A DNA stretch of 63,545 nucleotides, filler included, from Welwitschia mirabilis (Eukaryota), in NCBI GenBank assembly GCA_051453625.1. It is 7 parts of one record of this genome, joined end to end, with 100 filler letters (N's around TTAATTAATTAA, not from the genome) between each part and the next. Parts side by side here need not be neighbours in the genome. Positions count along the whole stretch, not along the records: positions 22,301 to 31,884 come from JBOZIK010000001.1; positions 31,985 to 41,633 come from JBOZIK010000001.1; 5 more parts are not named here. One strand, given 5' to 3'. The position numbers were made by a program, and so were the translations under genes. Shown here one piece after another: positions 27,282 through 40,599 of this stretch. A model generated the notes under the pieces. The model was not told the DNA's origin, searched no databases, and worked only from the letters and a program-made list of their open reading frames with translations. Within the stretch, counting starts at the first letter, position 1. Every line of letters starts with the position of its first letter.

Positions 27282-27446
27282 TAAATAAAAATTGATACAA
27301 ACTTTATGGTGATCAAGGTAGAAGGGTTTCTTTGGGAAAAATAAATTAACAATCCCTATTTTAAATAAAAGTGAATACAAACTTTATGGTGATCAAGTTA
27401 GAAGGGTTTCTTTGGGAAAAATAAATTAACAATCCTTATTTTAAAT
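27282..27446. repeat. Tandem duplication, 80-bp unit x2
   Basis: atacaaactttatggtgatcaag.tagaagggtttctttgggaaaaataaattaacaatcc.tattttaaat at 27295 and 27375. Confidence 0.95.
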
Positions 27447-29925
27447 CTTCAATAATATTAATTATTTAGCCTAAACTAGGATTTTTTAAAAATAATAATT
27501 TAAACCCTTATTTTTAATAAGAAAAATGTAAAGAAAGGATAAAGATGGGCCTTATTCAATATGTAGAGGGCCTTGTTAACATTGACATGATTGTAGCAAA
27601 GGGAAATCTACTAAATGCAAAGCATGTTAACATGGAAGAGGCCAAATAGTTGAAGTGGATCTCACCTTACATCAAAATCTTTACACTTTCATAAAATTGT
27701 GTCCTATTGCTTAGCCATAGGGCTATAATTTCTAAAAACCTATCACAATTTCATCATTAGCCATCATTCATTGTTAAGACGTTTTTCTATTAAAATGTAT
27801 TTATCACTTTAGCTATTGCTATATAATAGCCTAGTAATTAATAGTTAAGAAATCCAAGAACTTATCACATGTATCAAGAAGTGGAACATAATAATTAATA
27901 CTATTGTCTTATTGCGATGTGATTCTCAAGTGATGATTATCTACTAGAGACTTATTACAAGCTATTACTAGGCAATAGTGTCTTTATTGATCATACACCT
28001 TTAAAAATGTTTCTTTTGTTTTCAAATATCAAAATTTATTGGTCCCTTAAGTAGTACTATTTCTAGGTTATCTTCTAATGATAAGACTTTCAGAAAGGAT
28101 TCCATTTTTAAGAGTGTATAAATAATGTCTTTATCTTGTATTTATCACTCAATGATAAAGATTATATGTACATAATTTTTATTACTATTATTATTAATTA
28201 ATAAAAATAAAGATAAATTTTATTTATGTACAAGATCATGCTAAAATGTATAAACAGTGTTGAAAATAAAATTCACGACTCACAACTATGCCATGTCCTT
28301 TTCATAAGTGGAGGTAAATAGTAGCCTATGTGAGAATGTTGAGATGGATAATTTTATAATCTATAGTTTAGGCACAATTATCTTATGAAGTTAGCTATGC
28401 TTCATTCATTAGATCTTATTCAGGACTCTATAAATATTATTATCATAAAAATTTCCATGAGTTTTATTATTTTTTATGAAAATCTAAGTTGCTAATATGA
28501 AGTTGCTAATATGAATGAACACATCCTAGTCTTAATTCACATAAGTTACTTTTACATTCCATATAGTTTAATAGGAGCGAAGCTAAGTCATATCATTAGT
28601 CTTAAATGCATTTTATTATTGTTACATTCATAATAAATTTCATAGTGGCTATTAGTAAATGATCAAAGATAGCAGAAGTAATAAAAAGGTAGAAAAATAT
28701 GTGCACTACTAAAGGATACTCATCAATTCACTTCAATGTTTCACATCTAACCATTGTTAAAAATTCATAGCTATGGGCTTATTTCTTAGGCTAACGACTT
28801 CTATTTGAAAAAGTTCATTGTATTCTAAATTTTGGATTTCAATCATGTGTTTACCATAGAAGGATGATTTGTCCTTCTCTTAATGATATTCTATACTTAA
28901 TTCCATTAAAACATGGTATACTGCATCATTTTCATCTAGAAAGTTTATGATTTTCTCCTAAGTTCTCTTAGCGAATTATAGTGCTAAGATGTAAAAAGTC
29001 TATCTTCCCTTGATAAATAATGTTTTTTCAATGTTGATATACTCTCACTAGAACAACAAGGCTTTTATGCTTGGTTATAAACACTAATAATATTAAGTTA
29101 TTCATGAATATTATTGATTAAGTGGGTAATTATATTGTAATGTGAAATGTTATTTCTTAGTTCTAGTTTGATTTATTTATTTGATAGTGGGAGTAGGGTA
29201 CTAGACACCATTTAACGTCAATCGAACAAGATATAGTATTTACATTTAACATTTGTGAATAATCAATTCAAATAATTTAGGAATGTTATAAGTTGTTCCC
29301 TTCTTAAGACTTATTAGTCCATTAGCAAATGACTAGGTCAAAAAATATTTTAAAAAATAACCAGAAAAGAAATATTAATATGAAGGATATGAACATAGTG
29401 AAGTTTAATAAACCCAAAAAATATTCATCAAAATTCAAATCCTCATATTTCATCAAAGTGTATGATAGTAGTGTCTTAAAAATCAAACTGTTCTTATTTT
29501 CAATTGGTCGTAATGAAAATACATATGAGCACTACCTAATTATTTTATCTTTCTAATGAAAACATGAAAAACCACAGTAGAAATTAAATGACTGCATATA
29601 ACAAAGCTTTTAATTCTGTTTCTGACACTAATGTTTCTTGACTAAAGTTTATACAAATTGATTGAACAACAAAGTAAAACCTGGATCTCTGTAGCTTCTA
29701 AATTTGTTGTAGATGCTTGAGATGAATCCGTTCTGTAGCAGAATTTGATGTAGATGTAAACCAAGAGCCTAAGATGAATCTGTGCTTTCTGGATGTTATT
29801 GTATGTTATACAATGGTACTAGAGCTAGGCACGGTCAGAGCATTAGCTGCTCTTTTCAAGAATCAGATCCAAACAGAGACAGAGAAGCTTCCTTTACATC
29901 CCATGCAGTGGGAAACTAGTAAAGT

Positions 29926-30216
29926 ATAAGGCTTTGGTGAGATTTTACTTCTTAAATAGATTTTACTTCTTAAATAGATTTTACTGAGAGAACATACTTC
30001 TTAATAGATTGTCCACAGCTTAATTTGTTAAGGATAAGGCTTTGGTGAGATTTTGTAGATCTATCATTGCGTTTTGGAGGATGTTGGCTGTTAAAGGATA
30101 AGGCTTTGGTGAGATTTTGTAGATCTATCATTGCGTTTTGGAGGATGTTGGATGTTAAGGATAAGGCTTTGGTGAGATTTTGTAGATCTATCATTGCGTT
30201 TTGGAGGATGTTGGCT
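29926..30216. repeat. Tandem array: three near-identical 63-64-bp units (30027-30216) plus a partial unit and an 18-bp doublet upstream
   Basis: aggataaggctttggtgagattttgtagatctatcattgcgttttggaggatgttgg at 30031, 30095 and 30158; partial ataaggctttggtgagatttt at 29926; acttcttaaatagatttt x2. Confidence 0.95.
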
Positions 30217-30445
30217 TTAAAGAAGATGAGATTTTGCTTCATGTCTAGAGTCTTATCAGTTTTTATTTCAAATTTTGATCGGCAAGTCTCTAGATCAGAT
30301 GTCGGATATACAGTTATTATGCTATGTAACTACAAGAAGAAATGCTGTTGTTCTTCTTTTCTTTTCACTTCAGGATTTTCTGAGAAAGCATTACCAAACA
30401 AAAAACAAATGCAAATCGGCCTGCTTCCACACTGATCTCTGAGAA

Positions 30446-31329
30446 ATGAAGAAAGCAATTGCAAAACTTCTTCTCATGTAAAGTCAGCCTCTGCACTTCT
30501 ACCGGCTCCTGTGCCTAAGACTTCAAAACCAAAATTAAATAAAATCCCATTGTTTCTAATAATGAAGAACTCTCAATCCGGTACAAGAAAAGGTGCTATG
30601 CACATTTGGAATCATTCTCAGACCAAATCGTTGCAACACAGAAGTTTGGACTCTTCTCATTTGCGACTCTTCGAAATCGTGGCGTGTTCTTGTGCTGGAA
30701 ACCCAGTACTGCGAATCGAACTTCATGATTTCCATTTCCATGCTTTCTGTGCTCAGAATAACTCTAAGAATACTAACCTTCACAAACTATTCTACAAAAA
30801 CCTCTCAGCTGCCTCGAAACCTTGCAAACTCTCTAGAAACCCTAATCCTGACATTCAGCCTTGGGAAAATGCCTCAGCATTACATTCCAGCGGATTATCA
30901 AAGTCATGCCGAAACCCTAAACGCTGCCCCTGGATCTCAGCAATAACATTCTCAATGGCTCCATTCCGTTAAACATTTCGTCAATCAAGTCTCTGCAATA
31001 CGTCGATTTAAGCAACAACAACCTTTTAGGAGTTCTTCCATTGATAACTGCGTTTGTGCGGCATCTCAACACTTTCAAATTGGGATTGAATACGCACCTC
31101 TGCTACAATGCGATCTACTTTTTGTTGCTATTGCTCTGACTTCAGAAAGAGGAAAATGGCCTTAGAACTCCTTGTATAGGCCTTGAATGATGACTTTATG
31201 GGGAAAAGAGATGGGAAGGGGCACTTGGGCTATAGAAGACATTATATAAAAAGGGTTGTAAAGGTAGTACTTGAGTTCATTGTGTCATACTACTTAGATT
31301 GGTGGTTTAAGTTTCTAGAACATGTTTGA
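30446..31329 (+). pseudogene. RLP51: RLP51/SNC2 (RLP55)-like LRR receptor-like protein pseudogene with frameshifts and a large central deletion
   Basis: Fragment A (from 30572): LNPVQEKVL..C..ICDSSKSWRVL..C..ISISML..LRILTFTN, versus RLP51 LDPKQLKAL..C..TCDTSSPFRLV..C..LSIS..LTSLSFLNC. Fragment B (30930-31139, shifted frame): LDLSNNILNGSIPLNISSIKSLQYVDLSNNNLLGVLPLITAFVRHLNTFKLGLNTHLCYN, versus [49 protein letters not shown]. KVVL before the TM region at 31261; putative signal peptide MKKAIAKLLL at 30446. Reference sequence recalled from memory. Confidence 0.8.
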
Positions 31330-31984
31330 GATGCTACTTATGCATTAAGCTGCAAATAAGATACATTAATAGAATGCACTTTTCGTTCAATCTGGCTAGA
31401 ATGACAAGCTTATGTATTGCAGAGTGGAAGCAAGGTGTAATCAATTTGATTCTTCAACTATAAAATTTTATGCACACTATCATACATTATGAAATGTTCA
31501 CATTTCCTTTGATAAACAATACACAGGCCTAGTAGATTTTGCCTTCTTACTTATGAGACATTATGAGTATACTGAAAGCCTAATTTCTTTAAAAGACTTA
31601 ACTTACCAGAAATTATCCTTGAATTATTCTAGAATTTGAATATAAGAATAGCATTTTATTCTTACCAAGAATTTGTAAAGATTTCAATCATATGCATCAT
31701 AAACATTGAGTATAAATGAAGAATTCACAAAATGATTTGCAAAACACACTTTGAATTTTATTAGTTGTGACCTTAATGGCACATCATTACCTCTTCAATG
31801 TCTCCCTTGACATTAAGGGCACAAATAAATAAAACACATCAATCAGCAAGAGCAAGAGTTTAAATATGAATTAAAAGAAAAACCNNNNNNNNNNNNNNNN
31901 NNNNNNNNNNNNNNNNNNNNNNNNNNNNTTAATTAATTAANNNNNNNNNNNNNNNNNNNNNNNNNNNNNNNNNNNNNNNNNNNN

Positions 31985-34900
31985 CAAAAATGACATCTTC
32001 CCCATGAATACTTCGTAGGTGTTAAAAGTTTGATCTTTCTCTAATCATATGCCTTGAGCATCCACTGTCTAGGTACCAACTGTTTGCACTTGATTCTTTG
32101 AGAGCTATCTGTGTTAGAAGACTTTTGGGATTATTAGCTCTTACCCATTTAGTCTTATTAGACTTATGTGGTATACTTATTTTATAAATGAATTTAAATG
32201 GTAAAGAATTTACAGAATCTTAAAAAAGCATTAATTTTATAATATTGCAAAAATAGCTTTGAATGACCAATTTTACCACAGAAATTACATGAAACTTTAG
32301 AAGTATACTTACATTGCCTGTTTACCTATTCTTGTGGATTTTGTGAACTAAATTCAATANNNNNNNNNNNNNNNNNNNNNNNNNNNNNNNNNNNNNNNNN
32401 NNNNNNNNNNNNNNNNNNNNNNNNNNNNNNNNNNNNNNNNNNNNNNNNNNNNNNNNNNNATTATTTTTAAAAATGACTTCTCCCCTTTTAATACTACTTA
32501 GGTGCTGAAAGTTTGATCTTTCTCTAGACATATGTCTTAAACATCCATTGTCTAGATACTAACTATTTGTACTTGATCCTTTGAGAGCTAGTTGTATTAA
32601 AAAACTTTTGAGATTGTTAGCTTTAATCTACTTAGTCTTGTTAGATTTAGATGGTACACTTCTCTTAGAAATAAATTTAAATGGTAAAGTATTTGCAAAA
32701 ACTGAGAAAAGCATTAATTGTCTAATTTTGCAAAAAAGTTTTAAATGACCAAATTTACCACAAAAGTTACATGAAAGCTTAGAAGCATACTTACTCTTCT
32801 AGTTTACTTATTCTTGTGATTTTTATGAACTAAAGCTAATACCTGATCTATTCCTAGTAGGTTTCTGCACTTCAAGCATCTATTCCAATTTAGAAGAACT
32901 ACCAAAAAATTTTTTTACAAAGAAGGATAGATCTTTTACCTGTGATAATAGATTGTCATTGTCAGATTTTTGAACATTATACTTCATTTCCATTTCCTCC
33001 TTTTCTTTGATGAGAGTATTTACTACTTTATTCAGATCATTTATCATTTTAGCTAGCTTTTCACATTTATCATGTAGCTCTTGACATGTATCATCTAACT
33101 CATTCTCTTCTTTATCGACCATGTCCAAGTCATTAGGCTCTGACATGCTAGGTAAGTTTTTGAGGGAAGGAATAATCATCATGAAAGATAATCTTCTGTC
33201 TCTATCTAAATTTTGACCTGAACAACTATTATCATCATCATCCTTATTATTCTAGGTTGCAATAAAAGAGGTATTCCTTATTTTCCTGTTATCTCTTCTT
33301 ATGTTGGAGCACTCATTTGTCATATTACCAAATCCTTCGCATGAATAGCATTGGATTTATTTACCTTTTTCTTGATCCTTTCTACATTTTAGATGATTCA
33401 TTTTTGAATTTCTACTTGACTCTCCTTCCTTTTTATTTCTATGTAGAAACTTCCTAAATCTTTAGACTAGGAGAGCCACTTCATTATCGTCCAAGTTCTC
33501 ATCTGACCTTTCAGATCTATAATCTTCCTACACACATTTTAAAGCAATACTTTTCTTCTTATCTTTAATAAATTTAAGTTCATAGGTTTGTAGATTACCT
33601 TATATTTCTTCTAGTGCCATTGCATTTATGTTTTTACTCTCTTCGATGGCTATAACCTTTGATTTGAATCTCTTTGATAGAGATCTTTAAACTTTCTTCA
33701 CCACCTTTCCTTCATCCAAGCATTCTTCAAGGCTTGCTATAGATTTTACGATATCAGTAAGTCTTGCAAAGAATTCTTACAAGATCTCTTCTTTATTCAT
33801 ATGAATGTTTTCAAATTTTAAAATAAGCATTTGAAGTTTTGCTTGCTTTATAGTTGAGGTTCCTTCGTGTGCTACATCAAGAATGTCCCAAGCCTCTTTA
33901 ACATGATTATAGTTCACTATACACTTAAACTTATCTGCACAAGTTACACAAAATATTACATTAAGAGCACGAGCATCCGTGATGGCTTTTGTTTTATCAG
34001 TGGAGTTCCATTGATCTTAGGTTTTGGGAACTAAGATAGTATTACTGTTGGCATATGTTTTTATTGAGACAAGCATAGAATAACCTTTATAAATAACTTT
34101 TTCTATATCAGCATCTAAAAATCTAAGAAATATTCTTATTCTGGCTTTCCAGTAAGCATAGTTTAACCCATCAAACATGGTGAACGACTAGTGGAAAAAC
34201 CATCATATGGGTTACTCATTGAAGGATTCTAAAGTCTAGATTAGTTAAAATTTAAAAAAGACTTAACTTAAATCTGATACCAATTGATGGATCAAGAACC
34301 CTAAAGGGGGAGTGAATAGGTTCTTAAAAAATAAACAAAATATTATAAATGAACTAATGATATATCAAAAACTTTTATAAAATAATTCACTAATTAAAAA
34401 CGTGCATGAAAAGAAAAGATAACAGAATTTAAAGACATGAATTAACTAAAAGCACAAAATACCAAATAGATGCACACAAGATTTATAATGATTCAAGGAA
34501 TCCTCTACTTGATGATCAGCTTATCACCAAGCTTGATCTGAATTTTTGTTTACCTGTAACCTTTACAAATATACTTTTTCAAGCTTAGTTTCAACCTTTG
34601 AATGGACTTTTCCAAGCTTAGTATCAACTTTTGAACGAACTTTTCTAGGATTAGTCTCAACCTTTTATAAAGTAGAATAGTGATCCAATGATGCTGAGAT
34701 GTACAGATATCACTCATTCTTGAAATAGTAGATTTGATGGAGCTATTCTCTTGTAGATGTACAACAGATAAAGCACTAGATCTAACCTTGAATTTAGAGA
34801 TTATATAGATAATAGATCTTCTTTGGTTAGGAGTACAAATATCAAGATTCAACAGTGAATATCACAAGATTTTAGTAGTTGTTCATAAGTCCAAAAGGTT

Positions 34901-35796
34901 CTTTAATTATTTATCTCTTCACTATTTATACTGAAAGGCTTTTAGGGTTTATTACATTTAAAAATGTACTTCCAACAGCTATAAATGGCTATAAAATGAC
35001 TATCTAATGGATACATAATGGATACAAAATGGATAGAAAATTTTAGTTCCGTTCTGTCCAGTCGACCCCTCAAAAGTCTGGTCGATCCCATTTGGTGCTA
35101 TGACTTACACAGATCACCTGAGTGAAATTTTTAGTCATCTCAGATTCTTACAGCTCCATGTCTAGTTGACTCCTTAGAGTCTAATCGACCCCCATCCAGT
35201 TGTGCACCATTATGTTCAGTCGCCTGCTAGTCTTGATAAAGATCATTCCAATTTTCTACATTAGGTCTGATCGGCCCTTCAAGTGTCCGATCGATCCCAT
35301 CACGATCAGCTTAGGAATATCGGCTGCACATTACTTAAATATGATCTAGTCAACCCCTTTATAATTGGTTCAAGAGTACTATTCACTAGTTCACAGATTT
35401 GGTCGACCCCATCATAGGTCCAATCGACCCTTTATCATTCAGTTTGGGGATACTATTACTAGGTACAAATCTCTAGTCAACCCCATAAAGGTCTAGTCAA
35501 CTCTTGCCATTCAGTTTAGGGATACTGGCCCTTAAGGTTATAACTTCAATTGATCCCATCAGAAATCCGATCGACCCCTCTGAATTAGTTCAATTTTTGA
35601 GTGTCTACTTCAGGTGTGGTCTACCTCTTAAAAGTTTGGTCGATTCCTCAAGAGGGTAAATGAACTTGACAGGTTTTTAGTGATCAGAATTCGATGGTTT
35701 TAACTTCATCTTTAAACTTATAAGTGATTAATATCTTTTATATAAGATACACAAAAAACATTAGTTTGACATCAATTGGTAAAACATAGTTTAATA
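31985..35796 (-). mobile_element. Sirevirus-like Ty1/copia element: 5' LTR (34285-35796), PBS, gag and protease, truncated at a gap
   Basis: PBS TGGTATCAGA at 34273-34282. gag from ATG at 34219: FDGLNYAYWKARIRIFL, AWDILDVAHEGTSTIKQAKLQML, SKVIAIEE, GNLQTYE. Knuckles IQCYSCEGFGN..EC and CNFCGKFGH; protease YLDNGCLRHM. LTR end reads CCTATTCACTCCCCCTTTAGG on the minus strand. Confidence 0.9.
34273..34282 (-). promoter_or_regulatory. tRNA-iMet primer-binding site
   Basis: tctgatacca on + equals TGGTATCAGA, 2 nt from the LTR terminus. Confidence 0.85.
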
Positions 35797-36399
35797 GCAC
35801 ATACCTACCTAGCTTATCCTCTTTAAAAAAATTGCATTGTCCATTAAACTAGTATATGCATGAAAAGTTAATTTAAAACAAAATAAAAATTAAGGAAAAA
35901 CTAAGGAGTACGGAGTAATATTAACTCATAAATTAACTCTTAAAGTCACATTAAATTTCAATAAATAAGAAAAATGTAGGAAAAAAATAGAAATTAAAAA
36001 AAAACATAAGCAACCTAGTCTAAGCACATCCTAATAGTATTTCAATAAGAAAGCCTTAAATAGATTAATAACATAGAATTAAATTGAAAATGTAATAAAA
36101 AAGTACCAAAACCAAATGTTATCATATTAAAAATTAAATTAAAAGAGGATTTCAAACAAATTCTTCAAGGTAAAATTAGCAATAGAACTCTCATTTTCTA
36201 ATGAACTTTTATCATGGAATTGCAAGGGTATCTAGAAAAATTACAAATATGATTGATGTCAAATTAATTTGAAAAAGGAAGTATTTAAAATAAGGATTCA
36301 TTTAGGCCTATTCTTTTTGTTTGATTTCTTGTCATCTTCTTCAAAATGCATATTACTAGTTCAATTTCTTATTTATAAAATGTGATAAATCCTCCATCT

Positions 36400-37130
36400 T
36401 TTTCAAAATCCTATGTAATGTAGTATTATTTTTATTGATGAGTAATAAATGGGATCAATAAAATGTTTTTCGAAGAATTTGCTTTATCACTGAGCTATAC
36501 CACATTTAAAGAAAAAGTAGTTTTTTTCTCATATCATTTGCAATAAATCTTAATATGTGTATTTCCTTCTCACAACCTTATGACATGTAATTTCAATCAC
36601 TATTGTTAAGTAATAAGTGGGATAGACTATGATTTTTAACTTCATAGCCTATCTTATTGCAAAGATATAAATGTAGAAAAATAGATTACATTTCTACTCT
36701 ATTAAGTAAGTAACTAACCATCTTATTGCATTTTGTCTCTAGGTAATAAAGCAGTTGAATTATCAACCTTTATCACTAGGTTATAGCCATTTTCTTCTAG
36801 CACATGTTTTTTACCTCTTGTCCCTGTCCTATAAACCTAGGACTACATCTTATTGCTAGCTATCATGTGGTGATAAACATAGATTAGGAACAAAAGAGCA
36901 TTAGTAACCTCATCACGTTCTATCACTGGGAGATACAGTTGTAACCAAAAAAAAATTGTATATAAATTTTGTTTAAATTTTATACGTAAAAACATAAAAA
37001 TTGACTTAAATATCTTGGTTTTTGCAAAATTGTCATTTTGGTGATAAACATCATTATATTACTCTGATTTCACTAAAAATTAAGGAAAAAGTATGTCATA
37101 GAATGGTAATCTTAGACAACTATCATACAC
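36400..37130. repeat. Dispersed repeat copy 2 (homologous to 5497-6075; left boundary uncertain)
   Basis: Collinear similarity from aata.atctt.atatgtgtattt (about 36543) to ctatcata. Confidence 0.75.
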
Positions 37131-37514
37131 TAAGAAAAATTTATTATAAACTAATAAAGGAATACAACTTGAAAGAATGCAAGACAAGTAGCATTTTTAT
37201 GGACTTTGATATGTAAGTAAGACTTAAAATCATGAAACAAAAAATCATATCAAAAATTGATTAAAAAGATACTTTTTCTTATCAACATGTGACATGACAT
37301 ATCATATGTCATGAATAAGTTAGCATATTACATGCATAAGCCAATACATAGTTACTAGTATGTGGCATTAAAAGTAGTAACGCATGCATCTAAAATAAAA
37401 ATTTTGTAACTCACATTTTCAGTAATGAATGAAGGATTAATATTTTTTAATTTCTTAATGTACATTAGAAAAAATTAGAAGATGTCACACCAACTATAAG
37501 ATGTGCATTCTAGT

Positions 37515-37915
37515 TACATGGCTCCACTATCTCGTGGTTAAGCTACAGAAACATGGTAACAATTATATCAACTAAGGTTAAAATATATTATCTCTAGATC
37601 CTTATGCATGAATGGATTAATATTTCATAGAAATGTACAACCATCCATCAAATTGCGTTGTGATAATCAAAATGTAATTAAGATAACCAAGAATGTAATA
37701 TTTATAAAAGAAAAAAATACATCAATGTGAAATTCCATTTCATCTAGTAATTGTACAAATAAGGATTTTTTAAATCTAGTTACATTCCAACTTAGGAATA
37801 AATTACAAGTAAACTTACAAAGTCATTATTCAAAACCAACTACTTGAAGTTTGCAACAATTTACAACTAGAAAGTAAAGGTGAAGAAGTCCAAAGTAATT
37901 AATTAGGAGGGATTA
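37515..37915 (+). mobile_element. Ty1/copia RNase H C-terminal remnant with PPT
   Basis: IKLRCDNQNVIKITKNVIF..KYINVKFHFI..YIPT..LTKSL, matching CDNQSAI..KNPVFH..KHIDVRFHFIR..TK.L. Followed by aggaggga (37905-37912). Confidence 0.7.
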
Positions 37916-38399
37916 TTAAAGGTTTCATCATAATCTCACCCATAAAACCAAATTAATAAAAAAGAGAATCAATTAATTTATGCATTTATAAATGGAACCG
38001 CATATTTTATACATAGAACTTACCTTAAAATTATTTGAACTAGCTACATTACTTAAATAAAGTAACCAACTTTATAACTCTAAAATTAAGAGTTGCCTAA
38101 AGAACTATATAATTAACTCAAAAATCCATTTTTTAATGCATACTTAATTATGTACTTAATCATTATAAGATTCTTTCTTTTACTTTTTCCTTACTCATTT
38201 GAAGATCATGCATAATATTTAAAAATAACAGTAATAAGTAGTAATAAAGTATTAAATAAACATATTTTCCTAAAGATATGTACTATCCTAAACTTTAATA
38301 CTAAATTCATATTCATATTAGAAAAAGTAATATATTATATTATTCATAATAGGAATTTTTAATATGTTTTTAATTTGATTAATTATTGTTATTACATAC

Positions 38400-38940
38400 T
38401 TGATTATCCATATTTACTATTATAAGTATTGTTCACATTCTTAAAATATGTTGTACTTTCTTTAAAAAAGTTTAGGTCTAGACTCAAATTCATATATGAT
38501 TCTACTTTCATAATTGATCTTTAAGTAATGTATAGCTATTTTACATGTGACAAAGCATATTTATTACATCAAAACATATTTTGTGAATTCTCAAATTACA
38601 CTCCACTATATCTATTGTGTTTTATTTAATAATGTTAAGAATACCTAAAATACACTACATCCTAATTTACATTCTTAGGATAATGTGTTTAGTAAGAAGT
38701 TAGATGGGATATTCCATCCCATTTTCTTCAAACACTTAACTTGTTTAATCATAAATAAATGTAAATTTTTCATAAATATGTCTCTAATAAATCCTTTTCT
38801 TTCTATAAAATTTTCTTAAGAAGTTAACATGACATGTTTATTTGGCATGATTTTTTTATACTTAAGTAAATAATAAAAATGTCAACTCCTTACAATAAGA
38901 TAGAGTGGTAAACATGCTTATCTTTTTGGTCTATTAGATG
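38400..38940 (-). mobile_element. Very old copia RT remnant, copy 1 (homologous to 46960-47500)
   Basis: Shared blocks attcttaaaatatgttgtacttt, tatatgattctactt, taatcataaa..aatgtaaatttt and tcaactcc. The partner's minus strand reads GVDFFIIFS and YFKNID, resembling GVDFFETFS and YFLGIE. Confidence 0.45.
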
Positions 38941-40599
38941 TTTGTGTAAAATTGGAATAAAATATAAGAGTGCTCTAACTTCATGATGGAATTAGATGAA
39001 GGAGTGCCCTGATTCAATCTTAGAATTAAGTGTAGAATTTTAAGTTATTACATGATAATAGAAATAAGAAGTAAAGGAATCAAACTTTTTAATTTATTCC
39101 ACATGTTATTAAAGATAATTAAATAATTAGTTATTAGAATTTAAGAATGAAAAGTTATTTCACATGAAAGTATTTATTTGAGTAGGTGATTCATGAAAAA
39201 ACCACATACGTAAGTCCTGGGATTAGATATGTTTGTAACTCTTAAGTGTTCTATCACACTTCATGTAACTTTTTTTTTTTCCTTCTTCTCCTATTATTAT
39301 TATTGTGATTTAAAATTAATTATCTTAATTTTATCTGATGTTCACTTGAAGAAAGAATGTGAAACAAACATGTTATTTCATGTTTTGTTAACCAAGTTAA
39401 AAAAATACAAAATTAATTATGTTAACTTGTTAACACTTCTTTTTAACTTTAACTTGATTTTACATTGAGACTTCTTTTGGATTTTGGATTCATTTGGATT
39501 TGGTTTATCATTCATCTAGATTTTTTTATTGTCATCTTTTCATCTTTCTCTTTCTTTATTATGTTTCATCATCTTTAGAATGCTTTTTATCTTCTAGTGT
39601 TATGTTTAAAAATTCATATGATGGTAACATTTTGTGGAACTTCATATCTTCCAGTTTCATGTGCCTTATTTTATTAAGGTATCATTTCTAATGATTAACC
39701 ATTTTGTTACCTCATCTTACTTTAATACTCTAGTTTCAAATTTGTTTTATTTATAATTATTAAATAATTTATTTAGAAATTAATATTATTTTCTTCTTAG
39801 GGAGATGATAAGTATTTATTTTGTGTTAGGAATTATTTTCCTTTAGATGAAGCTATAAAATAGCATAAACACAAGGCAAAAAATGATGTTTACATATCAG
39901 ATATATAAGAAAGAAATTATGTTTCATTTAATACAACAAAATTTTACATAAGGAGAGTTAAAGAGTAATTCTATCTCTAGTTTTGAGTCTAGTTTAATAG
40001 CTTCATTCATAGTGTCTTTATCTACCACCTTTATGAATACATGGGTATCTCATTTAATAGCTTCTTCAGGTTCAACAAGTTGTTAAGGCGTAGAAATCTA
40101 TACTCATTCAAGGGCTTAATCTCAATAAATCTTCTTAATTTTAGCACGAATCTTAACAATGTCTTAAGATTTCTTAATAGTACTTTATGCTTTGTGATGA
40201 AGCTCCTTAAGTTGTTGAAAAATCTCATTGATAGTATTTGATGTCTTGTTAAGGGCTTTTTCTATTTCATCCCTCTTTTGTAAAAGTTGATCTCTCTCCC
40301 CTTTGAGCTAAGTGATCTAGGCTTGTATTTCATTATAATTGATACCATGATGAGTGCTTACTATGAGATGCCTCGAATATGTTATTATATCCGAAAAAAT
40401 AGCCAAGTGTCTATAATTCACATAAGATCCATTGAATGATGAAACTAAAACTAAAACTTAATTTTTATTACATTCGAAGACCCAAAGGATCTATTGGATA
40501 GAGAAAATAATCATGTCATGGAATATGAATATAGATTTAATAAAGCAATCAATAACCACTATATGTAACATGAAAAAATAAAGTGATTTCTTGTAGTGA

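Noticed and set aside
29805..29830. PBS-like TGGTACTAGAGC after ...TTATACA, suggesting LTR-element capture of the RLP fragment
   Set aside because: Only 10 of 12 match, and I could find no second LTR or TSD around the RLP remnant.
30027..30216. CRISPR-like array
   Set aside because: Units are head-to-tail with no unique spacers, there are no cas genes, and the context is eukaryotic. ORFs 29970-30242 and 30067-30435 merely read through the repeat.
30511..30972. 153-aa ORF as a novel gene
   Set aside because: It is an alternative frame over the RLP51-like pseudogene; the homology lies mainly in the other two frames.
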